Source: Bispira polyomma (Eukaryota). Taken from it: 64,000 nt of DNA. Below the pieces are notes generated by a model. The model did not search any database and was not told the origin of the DNA. It saw only the letters and a program-made list of their open reading frames with translations. The position numbers and the translations under genes were made by a program. The DNA lies in NCBI GenBank assembly GCA_965649765.1, contig OZ287753.1, forward strand, positions 21,514,001 to 21,578,000, written 5' to 3'. Each line of letters starts with the position of its first letter. Within the stretch, counting starts at the first letter, position 1. Of the stretch, positions 1 through 14,300 are shown piece after piece.

Positions 1-3000
1 GTTATGCTATGGTTTACACAGTTTACTTATAAAACTTCTTAATTTTTTAGGTTTGTAACATAAGAACTACCATATCACGTTAGTGAATTTTCAAAAATGG
101 TTATTTTACAAAATTGACCAACAAAGTTGACAATTGAACAAAAGTTTTATCTCTAAAGGACAATTCTTTTAATTGTTGGCTTACATTTAACAATTCAAGT
201 TGTTTGTTGTTGTCGACTTTTAGTCAGGCATATATAATTTATATTTCAAAAGAGTTATGGTATTTTTAGCAAAGTGCACCACACAAAATTGTTTTTATTG
301 CTTGACCTTAATGTAACTATGAAAAATAAACATTGTGTTTTATACTTTGTACAAAGTTGTACATAATGTGCACATATATGAGATATACTGTTATTTATTG
401 AATATAAATACTAGCCTTGTTTGTCATTATGTTATTAGATGAATACAAAATTGTATGATAAATGTAGATTAGTTTTCTTAATCATTGTTAATTGTCTCGA
501 AATATTGTTATAGATGTAAGTACTGTTTTATCTAGACTATTTATATAGAAATATATTACACAGATTTTGTGAAATAATGTTAGTAATTAATTAATTTCTG
601 ATTCTATTAGAGTAGTACTTTCGTGTTTTTTTGTGTGTGTTTGCAACTTGAAATGCACTTAGTAATATATTTATAAGGCAAGAAGAAATCACTCCTCTGA
701 GGACTTACAAGTTGACTCATGACGAAATGTAATGCCTAATGCTACTATTTTCACAGGCTTATAGCACATATGTGTATTAGTGTGTCCATTAGTATTGCAA
801 ATAACTAATCATATTTACATATTTGGTACATATACAGATGATTGACTTATGGTTCAGTTCTGTTACCTTCTACATATTCGAATTTGTTGTTTAAGATATA
901 CACTAAATATCTTGTCAGAATATAAAATAAATTTTAATAGAACAGTTAGTTATAATCATTTGATAATTATCATGTCACTATTCAGCTGATTGAAGGTAGT
1001 ATCATAGCAGTTAAAGATTTGTGAGATGGTTTGAGCCTTTATTAACTGTTGCAAAGACCTTTTAGTCCTCTCAGTATAAATGGACATTGCCTGTTCTGCT
1101 ATTTGTATTGTTTTAAATTAAAATTATTTTGTTCTGTTTAAATTTAGATTCATTACTGGATTTTAAATTAGTGTTAAATTTCACCTAATCTGATAATTGC
1201 TGGCAAAACAAAATCTTTGATTCAGTAAATAGTGCAAACAACAATGTGGAAAGATTTTGTTTTAAATCTGTATTAAATTATCTAAATCAGATGCAACTCA
1301 GGATTTTGTGTTTATTCGGGCAAACATATTCACACAATCAACTATACCTTTTATTGAATGATATTTTACTCTATGTTTGCTTTTGTAATAAAGTAACTGA
1401 CATAAACATTGTAGTTTTACTTAAACAGCGTTATACTTGTGCCAGTTTTCTCCTGCATGTAGATGCCTTGTTATGTTACCAGTTCCATCAAAATGCACTT
1501 ATGGGATTAGCTATGTATCATACTTCCATAGTTTATGTACTTTATCTGAACGTCTACCTTATCACGTAATATAATATAATTAAATGTTGGTCCGCATTGT
1601 AGTCTCTCAAACTATTAAACTTTTATTATGTTGGCTGGTTGAAACTTGTGTTTTAGCAAACAAAGTTGGTGAATTCCTGCTTGAACGTTTAATAATTATT
1701 CAAATAATAAACAATCAGTGGTACCAAAAACTCTATCATGTTCCCCCAAAACAATGGCACTGTAAAACCTATGGTACTAATAAATATACCCAGGCTAAAT
1801 TTTTCTGCCATCAATAAAGATGTCAAATGCCAAAATTATTCCAATAATCAATCAAACTACATTCTAGATGCAAGTCCAAAACTATGTTACCTTCTGGATC
1901 TCAAAACAAAACCATGCGACAAAAATTCATCTTATTTGCCCACATAAAAAATTAAACTAAGTTGTTTTTCTGAGACACTTTTTTTCTTTGAAATGTTTCA
2001 GAATAATCATTTGGCAAAAAATATTGTGCATGCTTTTGTCAGTAGTACACTATATTATTGTAATACTTTTTTTTAAAAGTCTCAAAAGAATTGTTCATAG
2101 AAAAAAATACAATGTATCAAAATTGTTTAGCTTGACTCTTATGATTTTCATATATTACACTGGCGAGGGTCACGGTGGTCTAGTGCTTATAAGCATCTAC
2201 TTTAATATCATTAGCCTCTTAATTCTAAGGACATTGGGTCCGACTCCCACTGCGTTTTTCAAGTTAGCCATGTATGTCGCTATGCAGCAGGGTGCACATT
2301 TACAAATCTAAACTTCACAAGTCAAAGGTTCACATTCCAAGACTTGTGGTCACCATGGGCTGAAACCCAGTAATAGATTATCATTTCTTATATGTACCCC
2401 TGTACCTCTGTAACACAATAGTTTTAGTAAATCGAAAATCTACCTTTTTAACATTGCTTACCCACCAGGTAAAAAACATAATAATAGTATTCTGAAAAGG
2501 CCGCGTATATTGCAGCTACCATTGAATTAAAGTACACTAAAACTTTGGCCTGGATTGGGGGTTTTCTTTTCCTAACAGATTATAGTTAACTCATTCGGTA
2601 ACCATTACAATAAATAATGTATTTTTCTATATTGAAATACCACAATCTACACAGTTATTAATCCCTAGTGTTGTCTGTTCAATTGTGCCCAATGATATGC
2701 ACACAAGAGTTCACTTAACATCTAAAGGATTTAAATCGGTCATCTGTCCCCATGAATATCATATGGGCTTCAGATTGTGTGGATGAAATCAAAACTTGTA
2801 AAGAAATTGGTTAATCTGTCTAGTCTTAGTCTTAATACATAATTTTCTTTCACATCTTTTTTTCTCTATCCAAGAGCACAAGTAATGCTCTTTACAACTA
2901 GTACTTAGATGTTATACTTAACTAGGTAAGGAATTAAATTGCTTGCTTACACGTTGTTAATTAGTTGATCAATTGAAATAGTGCTCCTCATTCATCTTAT

Positions 3001-4085
3001 CCCCTATGTCAGGCAAAATTATTTTTGGGACATTCATTAGCGGTCATCCTAAAACTTCTATCTTTAATCTTTCTTGATCACAACATAAAAGTCTAAAATT
3101 TCACTAATAACAACCAAAATGACAACAATGAATGACTATAGTGGTAATTAACAGATTTATTTTGGAGCCAATTTTAACTTAAAATGGAACAGTAATGCAA
3201 AACAAAATAAAAAAACTCATTAATTTCAACATGAGACATAAGTTTCAATAATATTTATTACATATACCCTTGTAAGTATTTTAGCACCTGTTTGGCACGA
3301 ACACTATTCATTCCCTATAACAGCAAGTGATACTACTGTAACACAAATGCAGATACATCTGAGGTCTTCAATTATTGTCAGAATGCCAACTGTTTCAAAA
3401 GTACAAAAAGGTAATCCAGAGAGGTTACACAGGAAATGTACAACAGATAATTGTATCTTGGTCATCTTAGTAAGAATGGTTGAAGACGTAACAGGGTTTC
3501 TATATCAAATGTGAAGGCAAAATTACTATTTCCTGACTATTGAATCTATTGTACTTAAAGATAGGATAGAGAGGCATGGAGAGAAAGGCATGATAATAAA
3601 CTACAATTACGGCATGGGAGTTAGGTACATCTGTTACAAAGAGGTGAAGGTTACATTAATTGCATTGGAATGTCAAAAAGTAGAATTTTAAGTTATGCAT
3701 ATCTTCTGAAAATTTCTTAATATGTATTCTAAGTAATATTTTTAAATGCTGGGAAAGAGTAACATATTAGCAAAAACAAAGTAACTAAACTATCAAGTAT
3801 TTTAAATCAAATTGGGTAATACAACTTCTTTGTAATTTAAGATGTTCTGCTAGTTGTCTACACTTCTTAAAAGTACTTGTAATTAAAAAGTGTCAAGCTC
3901 TCTTTTTTATCACTTGCCTTCTTAACCTTAGATAACATTTACAGATAGTTTAAATTATATGTACAGGCCACTTCCTGTTGTACTTCTGAGCTTCTGAACT
4001 ACAATTTTGTGTGTCCTACTATATCTATATAGATTAATCGGTTTTCTGGGCTACATTTTCCTGGAGCAGAACAGGAAGTAATATG

Positions 4086-4254
4086 TCATAGTTTTGTTCC
4101 TGTCAAGATCTCATTCAGACTTTCAAGTGCCCTAACACATTTTTCCCTCTCACAAGTTGTTACTTTACAAAGATGAACTGCTACACTTATCTTTGTCCCA
4201 GTTTTTGCTACCTTTTTGTATCTTGGCCATTCATAGCATTTGTTGTTTTGTTTT
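4086..4254 (-). other. possible orphan terminal coding exon (KQNNKCYEWPRYKKVAK...ILTGTKL*), with a degenerate copy at ~5125-5295
   Basis: Acceptor-like TTTGTCTAG at 4255-4263 followed by an open frame to a stop; a diverged, stop-containing paralogous segment lies ~1 kb away. No recognisable domain. Confidence 0.2.
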
Positions 4255-4533
4255 CTAGACAAATTTAACACCCACGCCTGTTTGTCTTTTGTAGTTCATA
4301 TATTTGTTGATAAAAAAGGTGCCAAATTTTTTATGTAATTTCCAATAACTAAGCATACATAAATAAAGACTAAAACTAAGGATTTGGGAATAATGATTAA
4401 AATATAAAAAAACATATACATTTCATTTCAACTTACATTTAGGCCTATAAATAAAACAGTAAAGTGGCTTTTCATATTTTCATTCATTTTGTCAATGCCT
4501 GAAGTTAAAAGTCTAAAGTTACCAATATAATGA

Positions 4534-4791
4534 GGGGCCGCGATGGCCTAGTGGTTAGCAAGCATTGCGCTTCACAATCACTGGTCTCTCACCTCTGGTC
4601 GGCGTGAGTTTGAATCCCGTCGATGCCTATGTGGGAAAGGTGGTAGTTCCTTACTGTGGGCCGCTGGCTTCAGAACCTTGATCAACTGTATGCAGTGTTT
4701 CCTCTAGCGTTTCCAACTACCCGTCCCAATTTAACCTAAACAGGTACTAGAGTGGACGTTAAATATCCAAATTAAAAAAAAAAAAAAAAAA
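4534..4791 (+). mobile_element. tRNA-derived SINE (young family, copy 1)
   Basis: GGGGCCGCG start, A box TGGCCTAGTGG, B box GTTTGAATCC, poly(A) tail, TSD ACCAATATAAT (4521-4531 / 4792-4802); near-identical to copies at 55938 and 61233. Confidence 0.92.
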
Positions 4792-6362
4792 ACCAATATA
4801 ATAAACGGTAGGTTGTTTATGCACTTCATCAATTGCACATACATTTTAAATAATAAATTAGTTATGCGGGGTGAAACAAAATCCGGGACAACTTTTGGTT
4901 TGAGATTTTAACGGGCTTTGTGACAGTAATCCAAACCCATTGATTGTTAAAAATGTGTGTAAAACACTCGTTTATATGTTTTTATTTACATATTCAAGAC
5001 CTGCCAAATACTATAAAAGTTGCCTGAACAATATTGACATAATTTGCATTGTTTCTGCCAGGCTAAACCACTATGTTCCACATACTTTCAATATCTACAA
5101 AGTTTCACAGATTCTGGGTTGAATCAAAACAGGAAGCAATATGTCATAGTTTTCTATGGTTCCATTTAAACTTTCAAGTGCACTAGTATATCATATTTTT
5201 ACCAATAGAACTGCTGCATGTATCTTACCTCAAGTTTTGCTACTTGTGTCTATGCAGTCTATTCATAAAATGCGGTTTCTTTTTCTGGAGAAATGTATTA
5301 GAAGAGATCATTAATATTGTAAAATTTTGAAAGAAACAAGAATATTTTGTTCAATATTATGATATAATGAAAATTATTTCTTATAAATTAGTAAAAAAAA
5401 ATGATGTTTCCTTTTACCTTAACATTTTACATCAGTATTTCTTAAAGTTGCACAGCTAAAGCTATATATATACATTTAGTTTGCAAATAAAAAGGTGATT
5501 GGTAATACTCTTATGGTAAAATAAGACATCATCCAATGATTGGGTAACCTGTGGCATGTTTCAAACAAGTCTGCACTGTGTCTATCATGACTTCCAAAAT
5601 TAGGGAAAAATGGTATACAAATCATGTCCCAGTAACATCTATATTAATTCAATCTACCTTTTGCCATTGAATTTTTCAAGGAAGGGATTTTGTGTTTAGT
5701 CATAATATTTTTACTCCAGATTCAGAAAATTTTTGATGTGAAATAGACATCTTGGATACACTATAATTGTACAAATACTGATAATAACTGGCTTCCAATT
5801 AATATTTTTCTTTTAGTGAATAAAACTTATATCTATTCCAATTCAAGGCACTCACTTCACATAAGCATTGTGAAATTACAACACAAAGTTTGACGAACAA
5901 AAGCTAGCTGATAAATTTGATTTTAAGGAGGAATTATTCAGTAGAAATTGCCATTTATTAATAATTTTGTTGGACTAGACTATGGGAAAGCTATCGTGCA
6001 TTTCTTTTCTTCCATTTTGTTTTTTGTCTTTTATTCTGCTTATTAATGTTCTTCATTCTTGTTATGTACTTATCAATGAAAAATGGGTTATTTTTACTAG
6101 AATAAAACAATAAACTTTTTGGTTACTATTACAACAGTAATTTTCCATGTTTTGTAAAAGTAAGCCACCCTGCGAGGTTCAGTTATTTGTAAAGTCCCTG
6201 TAAGAGAGTTGCAAAGCGTGTCTGAAAAAAATGATTTAATGGGGGAATAAACCTAAAAAAAAAAATAATTATTGTACAGCAGAGGTATAAATATGATTAA
6301 TGTCAATTACTGGTAAAGCCATTTTATAGTCTTTATTCTTTTATTCTTAAGCAATGGAAATT

Positions 6363-6519
6363 AAAGAAAAAATATTGGGAATATGTTTGAATACATATGA
6401 CAAAAAATAAGTGAATAAAACAAAGTCTATATTTTTATATAAAAAGAAAATTATTGGGAATAATTTTGAATACATATGACAAAAAATAAGTGAATAAAAC
6501 AAAGTCTTTATTTTTATAT
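6363..6519. repeat. tandem duplication, ~79-bp unit x2
   Basis: GAATACATATGACAAAAAATAAGTGAATAAAACAAAGTC occurs at 6389 and 6468. Confidence 0.85.
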
Positions 6520-7285
6520 TTATTGCCATCTAAAGGTTCTCATGCAAAAAGACCATTCTAACATTTTTTTTTTTAAAGTGTAAGTGATTAGCATATATAT
6601 TCTAATACAAAATATCTACGTTGTATAACGTTTTGACGAAAAAAAGTACTGACAAAATAATATGAAAAATAAATATTTTAATTTTTACCAAATTTATATA
6701 CATAAACAATAATATACTACTTAAGTACACAAATGTATATACTGATGTTGAAGAACCACTGACAATGAAGCAGGAAAACTGTAGATTACGAAAAAATTAC
6801 AGTATTGCTCTATTTACAGTATTTTTGACTTGTTCAAGTTTGCAAAATATTGTAATAATATTTGAGTAATATATCCAAATATTAAAAACAAAGAGCTATT
6901 AAAATTGGATTAACTTTAACAAATACAGTTTTTCAATAAAATTGTTAGAAGATGGAATTATTTAGTGATTTAAGTTAGAGGGATATCAATTAATATTATT
7001 TTGAAGAAAATAAATGGATATTTCTAAATTAAATTTCAAGTCAAGAATACATTGTTAAGGATATGCATCAGTTTTAAGTTAATGGTCATGCCAGTATTAA
7101 TAATATCAAAAAAAACTTAAATACATACAACAAATATAAATACATGTTCAAGGTGATTAACACATCAAAATAAGTTTGCGACAATTTCAATTTCCATAAA
7201 CATTTCTGTCAGGAGTGTAACAACAAAAAATTTACAATATTTCAACCCATAAAGTAGGATATAGTTTGATCTATTGATTGAAGCA

Positions 7286-7910
7286 ACAGTTTGTTACAAT
7301 ATGTCAGGACACTATAGTATCTTCTCCACAACATATTGTGTACTTTCATAAAGGGTGGCACTGCCTTTATCGCTAACACTCCTAGATAAAGTAATGAGGA
7401 CATCTAATAAATGAAGCATCTTTGTAAGCCATAAAAATTAAGATAACCTGCTTGATACACCTCAGTTCAATTTGTAGTGACACCGACAACAAGTCATTTT
7501 ATTGGCAATAATGATATTGTTTTTTTTTGCCATAATGATAGAATAAGTCACACTTGTTGTTTGCACTGATGCCGGAGGAAATAACATTTACTTTAATACA
7601 GTTTGTTACAATATGTCAGGACACTATAGTATCTTATTCACAACAAATTGTGTAGTTTCATGAAGGGTGGCACTGCCTTTATTGCTAACACCCCTAGAAA
7701 AAGTAATGAGGACATCTAATAAATGAAACACCTTTGTAAGCCATAAAAATTAACATAATCTGCTTGATACGCCTCAGTTCAATTTGTAGTGATACCGACA
7801 ACAAGTCATTTTATTGGCAATAATGATATTGTTTTTTTTGCCATAATGATAGAATAAGTCACACTTGTTACTTGCACTGACACCGGAGGAAATAACATTT
7901 ACTTTAATAC
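7286..7910. repeat. tandem duplication, 312-bp unit x2
   Basis: ACAGTTTGTTACAATATGTCAGG starts at 7286 and 7598; the two units are colinear with scattered substitutions. Confidence 0.92.
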
Positions 7911-9244
7911 CAGAGTAACATTAAACCTACAACGGCACCATACAACCTTCTTTTGTTTCTGTTTTCATTCATTAAAAGTCACATCTGGGTTTCAAGAAGC
8001 AAAATTTCTACTTCTTAGACCATACATAAAATTATTTCACATGAGCAATCATTTCTGTGTAACATATGATTTGATTTCATTTATCCCATGTAAGAGATCA
8101 ACCTTGTTGCAGAGAATGACTGACATGGATACCTTTGATTAAAACACCTGTTCAAAGAATCAATCAAGTTAAACATCACTTTTACGATTGCGCTATGCAC
8201 ATTTGATATTAAAATTAACTCTGAAATTATGATATTGAATTAACCAACAGTCATTTCACTAAAGTGGCAGCCCATATTAGCATAACCATCATGTTATATC
8301 ACAATCATACAATCACATATCACAGATATAATGTTGTATCACCTGATCTAAAATCTATACTATTACCATTACACCGTTGTATTTATTTCCCCGGAATTGC
8401 AAAAAACTATAAACAATTTGTTAAGAACACAAGTCTACTTTTCAATAACAATATATATTTAATACTTATATTTAAATTATATTTTATACTACAAGAAACT
8501 GTTACAACATAGTAGTATTAGAATTAGAAATTGTAATTACCAAATATCCGAATGTGCAATAGTAATGTAATTGTCATTATGTTAAATGAAAGACCTAAAT
8601 TTATACTACTTTAAAGCTATCACTGTAATTAAAAGTATGAGCTAAATTTCTGTATCTTGAATAAATTATTTTTTTGAACTATCCTTTTTTGAACAGTCTA
8701 GAAATAGAATGAATTATAATTAAAACTTCACAGAAACAAACTGGAAGATTAAAACAAATTTACCATAAATCCAGGGGCTCATTTTGTGTATTATTCAAAT
8801 GATTTCTTTAAAGTTATGCATTAAATCTGAATAAAAAATAGATAAGATTATCAATATTGCAGTTGACTATGAAAATAAAATTAAAATTTTGAATTTGTTG
8901 AAATATTGCAAAAATCATATTAGGATATTCTTGGATGAAGCCAATAAAGTTACATCATACAGCTAAACAGCAAGCATAATTTGTTGATATGAAAAAAATC
9001 TAAGAATAAAATCTCACCTGAATATTTCTGCTGATTGATTAGGGTTGCATGTAAATATAACCCAATAGAGGGACTGAATAAGAGGGTAAAGGTTAATGTC
9101 CCAAAAATCTATTTTAACGTTCTGAAACCCAAATTGGAGAATCGAGTATAGAGCATACACAGAGAAGAAAGACATTGACACTAGACAATTTACATCCATA
9201 CATAAGACTATATCACAAAGACAACAACACTGTACAGATTTACC

Positions 9245-10170
9245 TTACACCTACATAACAACACAAAAAAACACAGAAAAGTTATGATGTAACTCACACC
9301 TACATAACAACAAAAAAGATGGACAAGTTATCGTGTAACTCACACATACATAACAACACACAGGATGTCATGTATCTCACACCTACATAACAACTCACAG
9401 ACAAACAGGATGTCATGTATCTCACACCTACATAACAACACACAGACACACAAGTTGTCATGTATCTCACACCTACATAACAACACACAGACACACAGGA
9501 TGTCATGTATCTCACACCTACATAACAACACACAGACACACAGGATGTCATGTATCTCACACCTACATAACAACACACAAACACACAGGATGTCATGTAA
9601 CTCACACCTACATAACAACTCACAGACACACAAGTTGTCATGTAACTCACACCTACATAACAACTCTCAGACACACAGGATGTCATGTAACTCACACCTA
9701 CATAACAACTCACAGACACACAAGTTGTCATGTAACTCACACCTACATAACAACTCTCAGACACACAGGATGTCATGTAACTCACACCTACATAACAACT
9801 CACAGACACACAAGTTGTCATGTAACTCACACCTACATAACAACTCTCAGACACACAGGATGTCATGTAACTCACACCTACATAACAACTCACAGACACA
9901 CAAGTTGTCATGTAACTCACACCTACATAACAACTCACAGACACACAAGTTGTCATGTATCTCACACCTACATAACAACACACAGACACACAGGATGTCA
10001 TGTAACTCACACCTACATAAAAACACACAGACACACAAGTTGTCATGTAACTCACACCTACATAACAACTCTCAGACACACAGGATGTCATGTATCTCAC
10101 ACCTACATAACAACTCACAGACACACAAGTTGTCATGTACGTCACACATACATAACAACATAAAGAGATG
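9245..10170. repeat. 45-bp minisatellite, ~18-20 copies
   Basis: Unit TGTCATGTAACTCACACCTACATAACAACTCACAGACACACA(GGA/AGT); explains the 15-aa periodic ORFs on both strands. Confidence 0.95.
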
Positions 10171-10827
10171 GACAAACAACAAACATAGTGAAAAGTAAAA
10201 ACATAAAGTAGAATTAATCTGTGAGAAATTATGTTCTATTTACTGTTTTCAAATTTGGAATTTTTAATACACATGATGCTGTATGTATCATATTTAAGGC
10301 TAACTGTACTTAAGGCATTTGAAAAGACTTCATTTTTAGCATTCTGGTAGTTGCTGTTTACTGCAAATTTTGACATATATTATAAAGTTTGTAGTGGCAG
10401 GCTTTTGGAACGGATCAAACTGTACAATAATATTTTAAGTTTCTGACCTGTCTCAGCTGATAAATTTTGAATAATATAAGTATAACAATTACAATTACTA
10501 TTGCAACAAAACACTTACTACAAGCTATAAAATCCTTACTATATTGTAGATTGCTAATTCCTAAACTTAGAAATATAAGAAATTGACAATTACAAAAGTT
10601 AAAATACTACAAACTGTCAGTTTGAAAACAAGTATATATAAAAACCACTGAATATATTATGCACTAAATATTAATGTAAATTTGATGTTTATATTTATTT
10701 ACTAAGACTATTACACTGAGACAATTTTTCAGACTGATACACAGACATGAAATACTATTAAAATATAAATTTAACATTTTAAAAATTTAAACAAAAAATT
10801 AAATTCCTAACTTCATAATGAAAAGTA

Positions 10828-11389
10828 TTACTTTTTTAATTTTAATTTCTTAAATGCATTTTTGAATTTACTGATTACTCCACTTGACTTGACTTTTGTT
10901 GGCATTGCATAGAAATCTCCTTGTACATGAACACCACCTTTGACATTCCAAACTACTCTGTTCATATCTTGGCCATTGTCACCAAGAACAATATTTGTGC
11001 CTGTTATTTGCATAGGGCCAGGATTTGGAAGAGTTGTTTTTTGTTGACTCTGCATGTGTGTTGTACTTGGATTGGTATCCATTGCGTAACAGCAAGTGTC
11101 TCCATTGGGTTGCTGCTCTAGGTTTTGACTATGGCACCCATAGTCACCAAGAACAATATTTGTGCCTGTTATTTGCATAGGGTCAGGATTTGGAAGAGTT
11201 GGTTTTTGTTGACTCTGCATGTGTGTTGTACTTGGATTGGTATCCATTGCGTAACAGCAAGTGTCTCCATTGGGTTGCTGCTCTAGGTTTTGACTATGGC
11301 ACCCATAGTTGCAGCATATGTTGTCAGGTTCGGGATTATATGTCTTGGTTTGGTGAGTCTCTTTATCCATGCATTTGTCGGACAGATAT
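10828..11389 (-). CDS. terminal exon 7 of the large gene; contains a 2x165-bp internal duplication with a RHIM-like motif
   Basis: Acceptor CATTCCAG (AG at 11391-11390), phase 2; open to TAA at 10828. Confidence 0.65.
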
Positions 11390-14300
11390 CTGGAATGTAT
11401 ATGCATATACATTTAAAGAAAGTTATTGACACAGTTTTGATTCATGTGAAAATATTATTGTCTTTTTTTTAAGCATAGAAAGCACCTGTCATTCTGAAAC
11501 AATACATAAACACTGTTACATTTCATTTCCAGTGCTCAAGATAATACAATGATGATGTCACTTACATTCACTAATTATCCTAGTCCAAAATATTTTCAAT
11601 ATTTATCAAATAAAATGTTACCTCCGTGCTTTCTTGCCAGCCTTTCTTTTAGATGAGTTCCTGTTACCTTGCACTTGTTCAATATTGTCCTGCAAATATA
11701 TAATCACAATTAAATAATGATAGTCATAAACACAGTTAATAACATGCATGCTTGAATACCTGTGTGTCTAGTAATTTACTTTCCCAAAAGAGCATTAATC
11801 TTAACAGTGCAAATGAAAAAAAAACTATAAATTGTAAATTGCTTGTTACTGTACTTTGGAAGGCTTATACTGATAGACCATAGATACATATATGACAGCA
11901 CAAAACTTACATTATGCTGTTGTGTCACTTTTTGCACAGAGACAAACTTGTTCTCTTCATCTCCCCTGTCTTTATGTCTTGTGGATCTTGAAGTGTCCTT
12001 CTCGGGTGAATTTTTCACAATCTTCTTGTGATGTTTTCTCTGAGCATCTTTTACTGGCAGCTTCAAATCATGAACAGGCTCTACTTGCCTCATATTGGTG
12101 TATTTTGTGTCATCATGTTGGCTTTCATAGATGATGTCATCATCACTGGAATATACAAGCATGTGAATATGGTTATTGAGGGATAGTATTTCGGAGCAAG
12201 CTATGACAACACAAATACCTCTGTGATGAACATCAATGTTATATTACACAAGAAGAATTACTTTACAGGATGCATTGTCATCCATTTTACGTTATATAAA
12301 TACTTTAAATCATAACATAGTATTTAATTTTGGGCTGCTCTTGTGACTACTGTGCCAATTTAACATGACATCATTTTTTTGTAATAGACCACCATTTAAA
12401 AGCTAAGCTATTTGGAGTACATTTTACAAATATTGCAAAATTTATAAGAAAAGTCTAATTGCTTCGAAATACTATCCTTTAAATATTTTAGCTAATAATG
12501 CTGGAACGTGCAAGCACATATGAAAAAGACTCTCACTTGTTTTGTATTCTGTACTTTTCCGGGAACGGTTCACATGCAGTATGTGTTACCAAAGCAACTA
12601 TCTGATCATCCAGGATGTCAGAAAAGCTCCTTTGTTTCACTTGCTTGGCTTTGGCCTCTTTCCTAGCCTTACATTTTCTGGAGTATCTTTCTTCAGATTC
12701 ATTTAGCCTTGCTTCAGCTTTCACAAGCTTGTATGCTGTTATGGCAATCCCCATAAGCATATCTCTTAGATCTGGATTGTCAACATTGGTATCTGAAGGC
12801 ACAGAGTCACTTGGTTTATTGTTAACTAGTACCTTGGGTTTTGTATTTTGGTATTGATGTGAACTTTTCCAACCTCTTTGCACCTGTTCGTCAAGTAACC
12901 TTTCTGTATCTTTCACCATGTACGTCTTTGATTTCTTCTTTTTCTTCTTGTCATCAATGACATGTAAACGTTCCTGTTCTATTTGATTTAGCTCTGTAAA
13001 TGGAGGCTCACCATCAGGCTTATGAATTGTCTTTGTCATGACTTTTTTTTCTTTGGTTTTATACTGTCCACGTGGATAGTTGACTGCTTCAGAAGATTCA
13101 GTGTCATCCATCCTGAAGTACACCTTATTCTTTGCTTTTTTCTCCCTATGTTTTTTTCTTTTTTCCACTAATGGTTTTTGTATTACTGGAATTTCTTTGT
13201 CATACTTGATTTCAGAATTGGATGAATCCATTTGCTCACAAACAACAGCAGCAGGTATTTTGTCAGTTATGATCTCATCCACATAATTTATCTTCTTGTC
13301 AGGTACTTTTTCATACATTTTCATCTGTAAATCATCCGTTTGCTTATCGGTTGTGACACTTTCAACAATTTCCTCATAAGTATCATCAGTCGTGCCATGC
13401 ACCACAAATTCAGCTTCCTGGGTTTGAATCCCAGTTTTAATCAATTTTTCAGAAATCTTCTTGTCACGTACTTTTTCACACATTTCCATGCCTAAATCAT
13501 CCATTTGGTTATCAACTGTGATACTCTTAACGATTTTCTGATATGTATCACCAGTCATGCTATGAACCACAGATTTAGCTTCCTCAGTCTCCAAACCAGT
13601 TTCCACAGGTTTTTTACAAATAATATCATTGTAGTGATCTTCCAGTGTTTGTGCCTCAATGATCTTCTCTTCAGGCCCTATGGATATTTCGTCAGGCTTG
13701 TGATTGCCACCTTCAACATTCTCTCTAATAATTCTGGAATTGAATTTTTTATCACCAACATGTTTTTCCACCCCATTACTCTCATTTAGTTCACCTTGTT
13801 CATCAGTAGGTGGAGTTCGACTACTTTTTCCATTAGGATCATTCAAACATTCTTGTCCGTATAAAGAGGTGTCTTCTTTTTCACTTGTTGCCATCTGTAT
13901 GTCTTCGTCACTGTCAATCAGGGAAGCAGCTTCAACCCCAGCTTTTGTTGCATGGATATCTTCTGGCACATTTCCATTTTCTGCTACTTCTTCCACTACC
14001 TGATTATTTTTATCAAACATTTCAGCAAATGCTTTATCCCAATCTTTCGTAATGTCAGCTGCTATTTTAGTAGGTTCTGTCTGTGGTTTTGGTTTGACTT
14101 TTGGCGGATCTGCATCCAGTTCTTTAACCTCAACTTTAACTTTTTGTTGAACTTTATCTTGAAACCATACTGGTATTTTGTTATGTTTTACAATCTCTTC
14201 ATTTGTGGTTTCTTCGACCACTGGTGCTCGGTCTGGATTTTGCAGCCAAGCTGGTGTCACCTTTTCACTTAATATTTTTTCAGCCACAGGCATTTCAGTG

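Noticed and set aside
690-735. Hammerhead-like CTGAGGA...GAAA
   Set aside because: The intervening bases cannot close stem II and no flanking stems are present.
4534-4625. tRNA gene
   Set aside because: The tRNA-like head runs into a SINE body with tail and TSD, and there is no proper cloverleaf; the same applies at 55938 and 61483.
7315-7345. YVVEKIL chromodomain-like start on the minus strand
   Set aside because: Immediately followed by a stop, the rest of the domain is absent, and the duplicate copy reads FVVNKIL.
9300-10198. Cys/Val- and His/Asn-rich ORFs of 277-291 aa
   Set aside because: They are translations of the 45-bp minisatellite, open on both strands because the unit lacks stops in those frames; no splice or codon evidence.
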